Positions 1 to 9,344 of a DNA stretch of 64,000 bases are shown here, piece after piece. The notes beneath the pieces were generated by a model. It worked only from the letters and a program-made list of their open reading frames with translations, ran no database searches and was not told where the DNA came from. Both the position numbers and the translations under genes were made by a program. Within the stretch, counting starts at the first letter, position 1. Each line of letters opens with the position of its first letter. Source of the DNA: Chitinophaga pinensis. Lineage in GTDB: Bacteria > Pseudomonadota > Gammaproteobacteria > Burkholderiales > Burkholderiaceae_C. The DNA lies in assembly GCA_943326015.2 (NCBI GenBank), contig CALPRQ020000008.1, positions 4,369-68,368 of the forward strand, written 5' to 3'.

Positions 1-107
1 CCGGCCTCGGCCAGGGACAGGCCGGTGGCACAGGACAGCGAGGTCTTGCCCACCCCGCCCTTGCCGGTAAAGAACAGGAAGCGGGTCTGGGTCGATGGCA
101 GGGCCAT
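1..107 (-). CDS. arsA: Arsenical pump-driving ATPase ArsA, N-terminal fragment (runs off the window start)
   Basis: Not in the ORF track. Manual translation from ATG 107 gives MALPSTQTRFLFFTGKGGVGKTSLSCATG (deviant Walker A GKGGVGKT). GGAGG RBS at 112-116; directly follows arsD. Confidence 0.9.
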   Translation of the reverse strand, partial: MALPSTQTRFLFFTGKGGVGKTSLSCATGLSLAEA

Positions 108-119
108 GGCGCCTCCCGC

Positions 120-488
120 TCAGCAGCAGCCGGAGCCCGGCGTGCAACAACTGCCGAGCTTGATGCGCGGCTTCTCGGCCGTCGTCAGCGCGATGCCGAG
201 CTTTTGCGCCAACTGCTGACGCGACGGGTACATGCCGGTGGAGGCGATGTACCCGTCGATGGCGATGATGGGCAGGCGGTCCATGCCGCCTTCCATCTCC
301 TTGACCACGGCAGGGTTGGCCACGAAGGCTTGCGGCTGCTGGCCCAGGTTGTAGCGGGCCACTGCGACACCATGCTCCTCGACCCATTTGAGGTCGGCCG
401 CGAATTGCGCCAGTACCGGGTCCACGTCCACGCCGCAGACACCGGTCGAGCAGCACATGGCGGGGTCGAACACTTCCAGCTTTTTCAT
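120..488 (-). CDS. arsD: Arsenite metallochaperone ArsD
   Basis: MKKLEVFDPAMCCSTGVCG has the ArsD CC-x4-C site; C-terminal CC...CC; start moved to ATG 488 behind an AAGGAG RBS. Confidence 0.95.
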   Translation of the reverse strand: MKKLEVFDPAMCCSTGVCGVDVDPVLAQFAADLKWVEEHGVAVARYNLGQQPQAFVANPAVVKEMEGGMDRLPIIAIDGYIASTGMYPSRQQLAQKLGIALTTAEKPRIKLGSCCTPGSGCC

Positions 489-498
489 GACTTTCTCC

Positions 499-1575
499 TT
501 ATGCTTCTCGGGCTTCATACCAGCCCTTGGATTGATTGACAACCCTCACCACCAGCAACATGACCGGCACCTCGATGAGGACGCCGACCACGGTCGCCAG
601 CGCAGCGCCTGACTCGAACCCGAACAGGCTGATGGCGGCAGCCACGGCCAGCTCGAAAAAGTTCGAGGCCCCGATGAGTGCCGATGGACCCGCGACGCTG
701 TGCTGCTCGCCGACGACCTTGTTCAGCCAGTAGGCCAGTGCAGAATTGAAGAACACCTGGATCAGGATGGGCAGGGCCAGCAGCGCGATGACCAGCGGCT
801 GCTTGATGATGGCCTCACCCTGGAAGGCGAACAGCAGGACCAGGGTCGCCAGCAGCGCCGAAATGGACCAAGGGCCTATCCTGGCCATGGCCGCATCGAA
901 GGCTGCCTGCCCCTTTGCCAGCAGCGCCTTGCGCCAGAGCTGGGCCAGCATGACCGGAATCACGATGTAGAGGGCGACCGAGGTCAGCAGCGTTTCCCAG
1001 GGCACCGTGATGGACGAGATGCCGAGCAGGAAGGCCACCATGGGCGCGAAGGCAAAGACCATGATGGAGTCGTTCAACGCCACCTGCGACAGCGTGAACA
1101 GGGGGTCGCCGTTGCAGAGCCGGCTCCAGACGAACACCATGGCGGTACAGGGGGCAGCCGCCAGCAGGATCAGGCCGGCGATGTAGCTGTCGATCTGGTC
1201 GGCCGGCAGCAGCGGCGCAAACAGGTGGCGCACGAACAGCCAGCCCAGGAAAGCCATCGAGAACGGCTTCACCAGCCAGTTCACGAACAGCGTCACCCCG
1301 ATGCCACGGATGTGCTGCCTGACTTCATGCAGGGCGCTGAAATCGACCTTGACCAGCATCGGGATGATCATGACCCAGATGAGCAGGCCGACCGGCAGAT
1401 TGACCTGGGCGACCTCCATGTGGCCGATAGCCTGGAACAAGCCCGGTGCCACCTGGCCGGCCATGATTCCGGCGACGATGCAGAGAAAGACCCACACGGT
1501 GAGGTAGCGTTCGAAAACGCTCATGGGTGCGCCGGTAGCCGCCTTGGCGGTCGTTTCACATTGGACAGCAGACAT
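499..1575 (-). CDS. acr3: ACR3-family arsenite efflux permease
   Basis: FERYLTVWV N-terminus, APCTAMVFVW, GASNFFELAVA and VEVPVML-type Acr3 motifs; multi-TM; ars context. Confidence 0.95.
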   Translation of the reverse strand: MSAVQCETTAKAATGAPMSVFERYLTVWVFLCIVAGIMAGQVAPGLFQAIGHMEVAQVNLPVGLLIWVMIIPMLVKVDFSALHEVRQHIRGIGVTLFVNWLVKPFSMAFLGWLFVRHLFAPLLPADQIDSYIAGLILLAAAPCTAMVFVWSRLCNGDPLFTLSQVALNDSIMVFAFAPMVAFLLGISSITVPWETLLTSVALYIVIPVMLAQLWRKALLAKGQAAFDAAMARIGPWSISALLATLVLLFAFQGEAIIKQPLVIALLALPILIQVFFNSALAYWLNKVVGEQHSVAGPSALIGASNFFELAVAAAISLFGFESGAALATVVGVLIEVPVMLLVVRVVNQSKGWYEAREA

Positions 1576-1584
1576 GGCGCTTCC

Positions 1585-1992
1585 TCAGAGGCCCAGAGCT
1601 TCGCGGACGGCTGGTACCAGGCGGGCGCGGATGTCATCGCGCACGGCAACGAAGCTCTCCAGCGGCTCACCGTGCGGGTCATGGAAGCCGACATGGAGTC
1701 GCTGCACCGGCCCCGGGAAGATGGGGCAGCTTTCCTTGGCGTTGTCGCACACGCTGACGACCAGGTCAATCGGTTCGTGCATCACGTCCTCGACGGTCTT
1801 CGGATGCAGGCCGTCGGTAGGCAGATTCAGCAGCTGCAACGCCGCGATGGCGCCATCCGCCACCTTGGGCTGCGGCATTGTGCCGGCCGAAATGGCGCGC
1901 ACCTGACCCGCCAGTTCGTGGTTGAGGATGGCTTCGCCCATTTGCGAACGGCAGGAATTGCCGGTGCAGAGTACGAGTACGGTCTTGGTCAT
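1585..1992 (-). CDS. arsC: Thioredoxin-dependent (LMW-PTP fold) arsenate reductase
   Basis: P-loop CTGNSCRSQM and redox pair C-x6-C (VCDNAKESCP); ATGA overlap with arsR. Confidence 0.93.
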   Translation of the reverse strand: MTKTVLVLCTGNSCRSQMGEAILNHELAGQVRAISAGTMPQPKVADGAIAALQLLNLPTDGLHPKTVEDVMHEPIDLVVSVCDNAKESCPIFPGPVQRLHVGFHDPHGEPLESFVAVRDDIRARLVPAVREALGL

Positions 1993-2363
1993 GAGCAGGT
2001 CTTGCGGGAGGAGGTTTTCTGGAGACTGCCCCGCCGCTGCGTGGCGGTGGCCACGGCTTGCGTCTGCGGCAGGCAGCTGCTGCCCTGACAGCAGTTGTGG
2101 GTGAGAAATGCGATCAGGTCGTCCATCGTGCAGTAGTCGGTGCTGTAGCGGATGAAGCGGCCTTCCTTCTGCCCCCGGATCAAGCCGACTCGGCTCAAGT
2201 GCGCCAGATGAAAGGACAGCGTGGCCGGCACCAGTCCAAGCCGCTCGCCCATCACGCCCGGGAACAAGCCCTCGTCACCGGCTTCGACCAACAGGCGGAA
2301 GATGGACAGACGCGCCTCGTGTCCAAGGGCGGCCAGCAGTTCAGCAGCGTTGAGTGTTTCCAT
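1989..2363 (-). CDS. arsR: ArsR/SmtB-family As(III)-responsive repressor
   Basis: LAALGHEARLSIFRLLV and LSFHLAHL wHTH; C-terminal NCCQGSSC three-Cys site; start set at ATG 2363. Confidence 0.92.
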   Translation of the reverse strand: METLNAAELLAALGHEARLSIFRLLVEAGDEGLFPGVMGERLGLVPATLSFHLAHLSRVGLIRGQKEGRFIRYSTDYCTMDDLIAFLTHNCCQGSSCLPQTQAVATATQRRGSLQKTSSRKTCS

Positions 2364-2364
2364 G

Positions 2365-2382
2365 TTTTGAATAATATCAAAA
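2365..2382. promoter_or_regulatory. Probable ArsR operator overlapping the ars promoter
   Basis: Perfect dyad TTTTGA-ATAATA-TCAAAA in an AT-rich patch abutting the arsR start; its spacer reads TATTAT (-10-like) on the minus strand. Confidence 0.7.
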
Positions 2383-2577
2383 TAATGGGATTGCTTCATG
2401 ACATTGGTGTGGCAGCGGCCCGGGACTTGGTCTGAACCAAGCGCTGGCTACGGCGGCTGACATGGCGTACCGTTAGCCAGTACCGAACCGGCAGCCGGCC
2501 CATCCCCAAGGTGGTTGGACTGGCCTGCCGTGCCATCGACATGGGCGCTCACGCCTGAAGCGTGGCGAGCCAGAAGA

Positions 2578-4008
2578 TCACTGCGCGCGGCAGATCTTGA
2601 GCATGTTGGTGCCGCCCGGCGTGCCCATCGGTTCGCCGCAGGTGATGGCGTAGACGTCGCCGCTCTGCACGATGCCGCGTTCCTTGAGGTGCTGCTCGGC
2701 TTGCTGCAGCGCGGTGTCGCGCTCGGCGCTGGTGTCCATCAGCAGCGGGCGCACATTGCGGTAGAGCGCCATCTTGCGTTGCGCCGCGAGCTTGGAGGTG
2801 ACGGCGTAGATCGGCATCGCGACCTTGTGCCGGCTCATCCAGAGCGCGGTCGAGCCCGAGTCGGTCAGCGCGACGATGGCCTTGGCGCCCAGATGGCTGG
2901 CGGTGAACAGCGCGCCCATCGCGATGGTGTGGTCGATGCGGTCGAAGGTCTTGCCGGTGAAGTCGGATTCGAGCTCGTAGCTGTCGGCCTTTTCCGCTGC
3001 CAGGCAGATCTTGGCCATCTCCTGGATGGTCTGCAGCGGGTACTTGCCGGCGGCGGTCTCGGCGCTCAGCATCACGGCGTCGGTGCCGTCGAGCACCGCG
3101 TTGGCGACGTCGCTGACCTCGGCGCGGGTCGGCACCGGGTGGGTGATCATGCTCTCCATCATCTGGGTCGCGGTGATCACGACCTTGTCGTTGGCCAGCG
3201 CGAGCTTGATCATGCGCTTTTGCAGCGCCGGCACCGCGGCGTTGCCGACCTCGACCGCCAGGTCGCCGCGCGCGACCATGATGCCGTCCGAGACGCGCAG
3301 GATGTTCTCCAGCTCGGGGATGGCTTCGGCGCGCTCGATCTTGGCGATCAGGCCCGGCTTGTGTCCCGGGGGCGCCGCCACCAGGCACAGCTGGCGCGCC
3401 AGCTCCATGTCGGTCGCGGTCTTCGGGAAGCTGACCGCGACATAGTCGGCCTTCAGGCCCATCGCGGTCTTGATGTCGTCCATGTCCTTGCCGGTCAGCG
3501 CCGGCGCGGTCAGGCCGCCGCCCTGCTTGTTGATGCCCTTGTTGTTGGACAGCTCGCCGCCGATCACCACCACGGTGTGCACCGCCTCGCCAGCCACCTG
3601 GCTGACTTCGAGCACGATCAGGCCGTCGTTGAGCAGCAGCCGGTCGCCGGCCTTGACATCGCGCGGCAGGTCCTTGTAGTCCAGGCCCACGCCTTCGATG
3701 TCGCCCGGTTCGGTGCGGGCCGCATCGAGCACGAAGGCCGCGCCGTCCTCCAGCATGACCTTGCCCTCGGCGAACTTGCCGACCCGGATCTTGGGACCCT
3801 GCAGGTCGGCCATGATCGCGACCTCGACGCCGGCGCGGCGTGCCGCCGCCCGCACCATCTCAGCGCGGTCGATATGGTCCTGGGCCTTGCCGTGCGAGAA
3901 GTTCAGCCGCACGACGTTGACGCCGGCGCGGATCATCTGTTCGAGCAGGGCGGGGTCGCTGGAGGCGGGACCCAGGGTGGCGACGATCTTGGTGGCACGC
4001 TGAGGCAT
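2578..4008 (-). CDS. pyk: Pyruvate kinase
   Basis: True start MPQRATKIVATLGPAS; RLNFSHG, DLQGPKIR, MVARGDL and ATQMMESM motifs. The upstream part of the 734-aa track ORF is non-coding extension. Confidence 0.97.
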   Translation of the reverse strand: MPQRATKIVATLGPASSDPALLEQMIRAGVNVVRLNFSHGKAQDHIDRAEMVRAAARRAGVEVAIMADLQGPKIRVGKFAEGKVMLEDGAAFVLDAARTEPGDIEGVGLDYKDLPRDVKAGDRLLLNDGLIVLEVSQVAGEAVHTVVVIGGELSNNKGINKQGGGLTAPALTGKDMDDIKTAMGLKADYVAVSFPKTATDMELARQLCLVAAPPGHKPGLIAKIERAEAIPELENILRVSDGIMVARGDLAVEVGNAAVPALQKRMIKLALANDKVVITATQMMESMITHPVPTRAEVSDVANAVLDGTDAVMLSAETAAGKYPLQTIQEMAKICLAAEKADSYELESDFTGKTFDRIDHTIAMGALFTASHLGAKAIVALTDSGSTALWMSRHKVAMPIYAVTSKLAAQRKMALYRNVRPLLMDTSAERDTALQQAEQHLKERGIVQSGDVYAITCGEPMGTPGGTNMLKICRAQ

Positions 4009-4112
4009 GGGGTGGTTCCGGGAGAAAGGCGTTGGTCGAATGGTGTGCCGTTCCAGCGACGGCACGATGTCATTATCCGGCACGGATGTGACTGGCCGGT
4101 AACAGGCCGGAC

Positions 4113-5120
4113 TCAAGCGCCGTAGTAGCTCCGGTACCAAGCGACGAAGCGCTCGACGCCGTCCTTGAGCGGCGTGGCGGGCTGGAAGCCGACCCAGTCG
4201 CGCAGCGCGGTCGTGTCGGCGTAGGTGGCCTCGACGTCGCCGGGCTGGGCTGGCAGCATGCGCTTGTCGGCCTCGTGGCCCACCGCCTGCTCGATCGTGC
4301 TGACGAAGTCCATCAGTTGCACCGGGTCGGAGTTGCCGATATTGAACACGCGGTAGGGCGCGAAGCTGGTCGAGCAGCGCGGGGCCTGGCGGTCGAAGTC
4401 CGCATCGGCCGTCGCGGGCTTGTCGAGCACCCGCAGCGTCGACTCGACGATGTCGCCAACGTAGGTGAAGTCGCGCATCTGGCGACCGTAGTTGTAGATG
4501 TCGATGCCCTGGCCTTCCGAGATCGCCTTGACGAACTTGAACGGCGCCATGTCGGGCCGGCCCCAGGGGCCATAGACGGTGAAGAAGCGCAGGCCGCTGG
4601 TCGGGATGCCGTACAGGTGGCTGTAGGTGTGCGCCATCAGCTCGTTGGCTTTCTTGGTCGCGGCGTAGAGGCTGACCGGGTGATCGACCGGATGGTCCTC
4701 GCTGAACGGCAGCCTGGCGTTGGCGCCGTAGACGCTGGAGCTGCTGGCGTAGGCCAGATGCTCGACCTGCCAATGCCGGCACAGTTCCAGCACGTTGAGG
4801 AAGGCGACCAGGTTGGCCTGGGCGTAGGTGTGCGGGTGGTCGATCGAGTAGCGCACGCCGGGTTGCGCGGCCAGGTGCAGCACGCGCTGTGGCTGCCAGT
4901 CGCCCAAGGCGGCTTGCACGCCCGCCAGGTCGGCCAGGTCCTGCTCGATGAAGCGGAAGTTGGGGTAGCCGGTCAGCTGCGCGAGCCGGTCGCGCTTGAG
5001 CTGGACGTCGTAGTAGGGCGTCAGATTGTCGATGCCGACCACCTCGTCGCCGCGTTCGAGCAGGCGCAGTGCGGCGTGCATGCCGATGAAACCGGCACAG
5101 CCGGTGAGCAGAATCTTCAC
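4113..5120 (-). CDS. UDP-glucuronate 4-epimerase (extended SDR, CapI/LpsL-like)
   Basis: GTG start KILLTGCAGFIG (GxxGxxG), HLAAQPGVRYS, SLYAATKKANE (YxxxK), FFTVYGPWGRPDMA; AGGA RBS. Confidence 0.88.
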   Translation of the reverse strand: MKILLTGCAGFIGMHAALRLLERGDEVVGIDNLTPYYDVQLKRDRLAQLTGYPNFRFIEQDLADLAGVQAALGDWQPQRVLHLAAQPGVRYSIDHPHTYAQANLVAFLNVLELCRHWQVEHLAYASSSSVYGANARLPFSEDHPVDHPVSLYAATKKANELMAHTYSHLYGIPTSGLRFFTVYGPWGRPDMAPFKFVKAISEGQGIDIYNYGRQMRDFTYVGDIVESTLRVLDKPATADADFDRQAPRCSTSFAPYRVFNIGNSDPVQLMDFVSTIEQAVGHEADKRMLPAQPGDVEATYADTTALRDWVGFQPATPLKDGVERFVAWYRSYYGA

Positions 5121-5207
5121 GTCGAATCCTTTCAGGCGGCGATCCGCCGCAACTTGTGCCAGCGCCACAGGCGCCAGCGGGTCCAGCACGCGTGACGCGC
5201 TAGGCGC

Positions 5208-6758
5208 TCACGGCTGTGTTTCCTGTTTTTCCGCTGCAGGGCTTCCCTGAAGCAACCAGGCCTGCAGCTTGAGTCGGCCTGACTCCGCCTTTGCCAGCAG
5301 ACGAGACTGTGGATAAAGTGCCAGCAGTCCGGCTGGGGGCTCACCCTGGCCGAGGAAGACTGCGCCCTGCGGGGCCTGATCGGGCTGGAAGGGTTGCTTC
5401 CAGTCAAAATGGTGGTGTACCAGGCCATCCTCGCTCCAGGAGCGCAGCGTCGGCTGCAAGGCGCGCAGTTCGTAGCCGGTCTGCACCAGCAGCGTGCGGT
5501 CGTCGAGCACCCAAGGCAGCTCGCGCAGCGGTTGCAGTGCGGGCTGCAACGCGCCCAGCGCCTCGTGCCAGCCGCGCATGCGGCTCCAGATGTCCCAGGC
5601 TGGCTTGCCGGCCACCGCTGGGACGCCCACCCAGCGCTTGAGGTCGCCGCCGAGCGCGATCGCCGCCGACAGCGCCAGGCCGGCCAGCACCCAGGCCGCC
5701 AGCGTCTTGCAGGAAACCCGGCTGCGCACTGTCAGCCAGCCGGCCGCCAGGCAGACACCGAGCAGGGCCGGCAGCGCCCAGTTCACCTGCGCCTTGGCGC
5801 GCAAGGCCTGCAGCAGGCCGAGCGCGAGCAGCGGCCAGGCAAAAGCCCAGGCGTAGCACAGGGCGGACCAGAGGGCAGGCTTGCCGGCAGCCGGGCTTTG
5901 ATCGACCGGCTGCCAGCGGCGCTTCCAGGCCATTGCCAACATGGCCAGTCCGGCCGGGCCGAGCAGCAGCAGCTGTCCGAGGCTGAATTCGAGCGCCGAG
6001 CCCAGCTTGTGTCCCAGACCCGCGGTGCGGTCCGCGGCGCTCGCGGCACCGCCATGCACCGTGATGTCGAGCGTGTGGTGCAGCGTTGGCCAGCCGCTGT
6101 GCATGTTCCAGAACAGGTGCGGCAGCAGCAGCAGCGCCGCGATGCCGGCGGCCAGCGCCAGGCCGGCCAGCAGGCGGCTACGCTGCGTCGGCGGGCAGCG
6201 CCACAGCAGCCAGGGCACCGACAGGCTCAAGGCGCCGGCGGTGTACTTGGACAGCAGGGCCAGGCCGAGCGCGATCCCGGTCAGCGCCCACCAGCGCCAG
6301 GCGCTGGCTCCTTCAGCGTGTGCGGCGCGCCAGGTGCCCAGCATGACGAGCGACCAGAACAGCATCAGCACCGAGTCGGTGGTCACGCTCAAGCCGAGCA
6401 GGCCGGATGCGGTCGAAGCCGCCAGCAGCGCGGCAGCGGCCATGCCGGCGCGTTCGCTGCCCATCGCGGCACCGAGGCGCCAGAGCACCGCCGAGGCCAG
6501 CAGCCAGGCGACCATCGCCAGTGCCTTGACGCCGAGCAGGCTGTCGCCAAACAGTTCGGTCGAGAGCCGGATCAGGCCGACCAGCAGCGGCGGCTTGGAG
6601 AAATAACCCCATTCGAGCGCCTGCGACCAGTACCAGTACTGGGCCTCGTCGACATGCAGGCCGGCGCCGCTGTGCGCGACCTGCCAGAGTCGCCAGGCCA
6701 GCAGCAGCACGAGTGCGATCGGGACTGCCAGCACGGGGCGGAGCTTGAAGTCGTTCAT
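5208..6758 (-). CDS. ArnT/PMT-family (GT-C) polyprenol-phosphate-sugar transferase no. 2
   Basis: LHVDEAQYWYW...GYFSKPP periplasmic-loop motif, LALLSKYT, many TM helices; ATGA-coupled to the upstream ArnT-like gene. Confidence 0.82.
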   Translation of the reverse strand: MNDFKLRPVLAVPIALVLLLAWRLWQVAHSGAGLHVDEAQYWYWSQALEWGYFSKPPLLVGLIRLSTELFGDSLLGVKALAMVAWLLASAVLWRLGAAMGSERAGMAAAALLAASTASGLLGLSVTTDSVLMLFWSLVMLGTWRAAHAEGASAWRWWALTGIALGLALLSKYTAGALSLSVPWLLWRCPPTQRSRLLAGLALAAGIAALLLLPHLFWNMHSGWPTLHHTLDITVHGGAASAADRTAGLGHKLGSALEFSLGQLLLLGPAGLAMLAMAWKRRWQPVDQSPAAGKPALWSALCYAWAFAWPLLALGLLQALRAKAQVNWALPALLGVCLAAGWLTVRSRVSCKTLAAWVLAGLALSAAIALGGDLKRWVGVPAVAGKPAWDIWSRMRGWHEALGALQPALQPLRELPWVLDDRTLLVQTGYELRALQPTLRSWSEDGLVHHHFDWKQPFQPDQAPQGAVFLGQGEPPAGLLALYPQSRLLAKAESGRLKLQAWLLQGSPAAEKQETQP

Positions 6759-8326
6759 CGCTGCGGCTCCGCGAGTCGGCGCACGATCAGCAAACCGCGC
6801 TGCTCGAAAACGACTTCATGCGGATAGGGGAAATCGCCCAGCCGATGCCGCTTGACCAGTGCCAGTTCGCCTGCGGCCGGATCGCGCTGCACGGCCGGGA
6901 TGCCGCGGTAGTAGGCGAAGCTGGGCTGGTGCATCTTCCACTGGACCACGGTTTCGGAGCGACCTTGCGCCCACAGCCCGGCCGCCTTGAACGGCCCCTG
7001 CAGCGTGTCGGACAGCCAGGGGATGACCGCACCGACCCACAGCAGCGCGACCGCCAGCACGGCGGCGCCGAAGCGCTGGCCGAAGTCGAAGCGGCGCAGC
7101 AGCAGCGCGGCCAGGGCCAGCGCGCCGGCCAGTCCGGTCCACAGCGGCAGCAAGCCGGCGCCGGGCGCGGTCTCGAACAGGCCGCGTACCCAGGCATCCT
7201 TGACCTGGGGCGCCAGCGCCGGCAGCAGGATCGGCAGCGCGGCGGCCAGCGCCAGCTGCAAGGCCAGCACGGTCCAGAGCGCGGCGCGGCCGAAGCGGCC
7301 GAGCTCGCCCAACTGGCGCGCCATCAGCAGCGCCAGCGGCGCCACGCCGTACAGCATGTAATGCGGCAGCTTGGTGCCCGAGGCCGAGAACAGCGCGAAC
7401 ACGAAACCGGCCCACAGCAGCAGGAAGCGCGCCAGCGGATCGCGCCACAGCACCCGCGCCCTGGCCAGCACGGCGACCAGCAGCGGCGACCAGGGCAGCA
7501 GCAGCAGTGGCAGCACGACCAGGTAATAGGCGAAGCCGCCGCCATGGCCTTCGAGCGTGCCCGAGAAGCGCTCGACGTTGTGCTTCAGGAAGAAGCCATC
7601 GATGAAAGCCTGGCCGTGGCGCTGCAGCGCATAGAGGTACCAGGGCAGCGCGACGGCCAGCATGATCAGCCAGCCCAGCGGATTCCAGGCGGCGCGCAGC
7701 GCGCTGCGGCCGCGGTCGCTGAACAGCGACCACAGCGCAAAAGCGCCACCCGGCACGATCACCGCCACCGGCCCCTTGGCCAGCAGGCCCAGGCCGCACC
7801 AGAAATAGGCCCAATGCAGCGGCTTGCGCTCGCCGCTTTCGGCGAACAGCCAGAGCGAGAGCGAGATCGCGACCAGCAGCGCATTGAGCAGGCCGTCGGC
7901 GGTCGAGGCGCGCCCGATCGAGAGCAGGCCCAGGCCGCTGCCCAGCACCAGCGCGGCCAGCGCACCATTGGCCTGGCCCCAGCGTCGGGCAGCGAAGCGC
8001 CCCGCCGCCAGCGTGGCGGCCAGCACGCACAGCGCCGATGGCAGCCGCGTCGCCCATTCGTTGATGCCGAAGACCGCCATCGAGGCGGCCTGCAGCCAGT
8101 AGACCAGGATCGGCTTGTCGAAGCGGTCGGTGCCGTTGAGCGTGGTGTGGCCCCAGTCGCCCGAGCTCAGCAGCTCGCGCGTGGCCTCCGAGAAGGCGCC
8201 CTCGTCAACATCGAACAACGGCGCCGCGCCGAGCTGCCACAGGTAAAGCAGGACCAGCGCCAGCGCCACGGTCCAGAACCTGGGGGCGCCTCGCTCAGAC
8301 GGCCGCATCGGTCTTGTCCTGGCCAT
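6755..8326 (-). CDS. ArnT-family (GT83-like) lipid A/LPS glycosyltransferase no. 1
   Basis: LFDVDEGAF...RFDKPILVYW, LAKGPVA, KLPHY motifs of ArnT; alternative start 8308. Confidence 0.87.
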   Translation of the reverse strand: MARTRPMRPSERGAPRFWTVALALVLLYLWQLGAAPLFDVDEGAFSEATRELLSSGDWGHTTLNGTDRFDKPILVYWLQAASMAVFGINEWATRLPSALCVLAATLAAGRFAARRWGQANGALAALVLGSGLGLLSIGRASTADGLLNALLVAISLSLWLFAESGERKPLHWAYFWCGLGLLAKGPVAVIVPGGAFALWSLFSDRGRSALRAAWNPLGWLIMLAVALPWYLYALQRHGQAFIDGFFLKHNVERFSGTLEGHGGGFAYYLVVLPLLLLPWSPLLVAVLARARVLWRDPLARFLLLWAGFVFALFSASGTKLPHYMLYGVAPLALLMARQLGELGRFGRAALWTVLALQLALAAALPILLPALAPQVKDAWVRGLFETAPGAGLLPLWTGLAGALALAALLLRRFDFGQRFGAAVLAVALLWVGAVIPWLSDTLQGPFKAAGLWAQGRSETVVQWKMHQPSFAYYRGIPAVQRDPAAGELALVKRHRLGDFPYPHEVVFEQRGLLIVRRLAEPQR

Positions 8327-9323
8327 GCCAGCCCTCTCGAATAGCGCGCGGGTCGGGCCGCATCACCTGGTAGGAACGCGCGCCGGACTGGTCGAAGTAG
8401 CTGCGCATCAGGATCTCGGCCAGCACGCCGGTGGTCAGCATCTGCACGCCGGCGAGCACCGAGAAGAAGCCCAGCCAGAGCAGCGGCCGGCCGCCGACAT
8501 CCTCGCCGAGCAGCTTGAGCACGGCGAGATAGCCCAGCATCAGGCCACCGAGCGAGGACAGGATCAGCCCGAAGCCGCCGAAGAAATGGCCCGGGCGGGT
8601 GCCGAAGCGCAGGAAGTAATGCATCGCCAGCAGGTCGACGATGACGCGGAAGGTGCGCGAGATGCCGTACTTGGACTCGCCCATGCGGCGCGCGTGATGC
8701 CGCACCGGCTCCTCGGCCATGCGGCCCGGCGAGGTGACCGTGGCGAGCCAGGCCGGGATGAAGCGGTGCATCTCGCCGTACAGGCGGACCTGGCGCAGCA
8801 CGTCGCCGCGGAAGGCCTTCAGGCTGCAGCCCAGGTCCTTGAATTCCAGCCCCGAGACCTTGCGGATCAGCCGGTTGGCGATCATCGAGGGCAGCTTGCG
8901 CAGCAGGAAGCCGTCCTGGCGCTTCTGGCGCCAGCCCGCGACCATGTCGAGGTCCTCGGTCAGCAGGCGCGACACCAGCTTGGGGATGTCGCGCGGGTCG
9001 TTCTGCAGGTCGCCGTCCATGGTCACGATCACGTCGCCGCGTGCCGTGTCGATGCCGGCCTGCATCGCGGCGGTCTGGCGGAAGTTGCGGCGCAGCTCGA
9101 CGATGTGGACATGAGGCCCGAGCTCGGCGGCGCGCTGGCGCAGCTCGCGTGGCGTGCCGTCGGTGCTGCCGTCGTCGACCACGATCAGTTCCCAGGGTTG
9201 CGGGTAGTCCTGCAGCGCCTCCTGCACCGCATCGATCTGCAGCCGGGCGTTGTCTTTTTCGTTGTACATCGGCACCACCACCGACAGGCGGTGCGGCGGC
9301 AGGGGAAAGGTCAGCTCGGACAT
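8295..9323 (-). CDS. GT2 polyprenol-phosphate glycosyltransferase (ArnC/GtrB/RgtE-like)
   Basis: VVVPMYNE, VVDDGSTDGT, TMDGDLQNDP (DXD), GEMHRFIP; two C-terminal TM helices. Confidence 0.9.
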   Translation of the reverse strand: MSELTFPLPPHRLSVVVPMYNEKDNARLQIDAVQEALQDYPQPWELIVVDDGSTDGTPRELRQRAAELGPHVHIVELRRNFRQTAAMQAGIDTARGDVIVTMDGDLQNDPRDIPKLVSRLLTEDLDMVAGWRQKRQDGFLLRKLPSMIANRLIRKVSGLEFKDLGCSLKAFRGDVLRQVRLYGEMHRFIPAWLATVTSPGRMAEEPVRHHARRMGESKYGISRTFRVIVDLLAMHYFLRFGTRPGHFFGGFGLILSSLGGLMLGYLAVLKLLGEDVGGRPLLWLGFFSVLAGVQMLTTGVLAEILMRSYFDQSGARSYQVMRPDPRAIREGWHGQDKTDAAV

Positions 9324-9344
9324 GTGGTGATCTTGTTGCAGGTT

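Noticed and set aside
111-120. 10-nt perfect complementarity between the sRNA (22333-22342) and the arsA SD region
   Set aside because: Those sRNA bases sit in stems, and a GC-rich 10-mer match is plausible by chance in 128 kb of both strands.
4009-4782. Apparent N-terminal fusion on pyruvate kinase (734-aa ORF)
   Set aside because: The extension overlaps the epimerase in another frame; pyk similarity starts at MPQRATK (4008).
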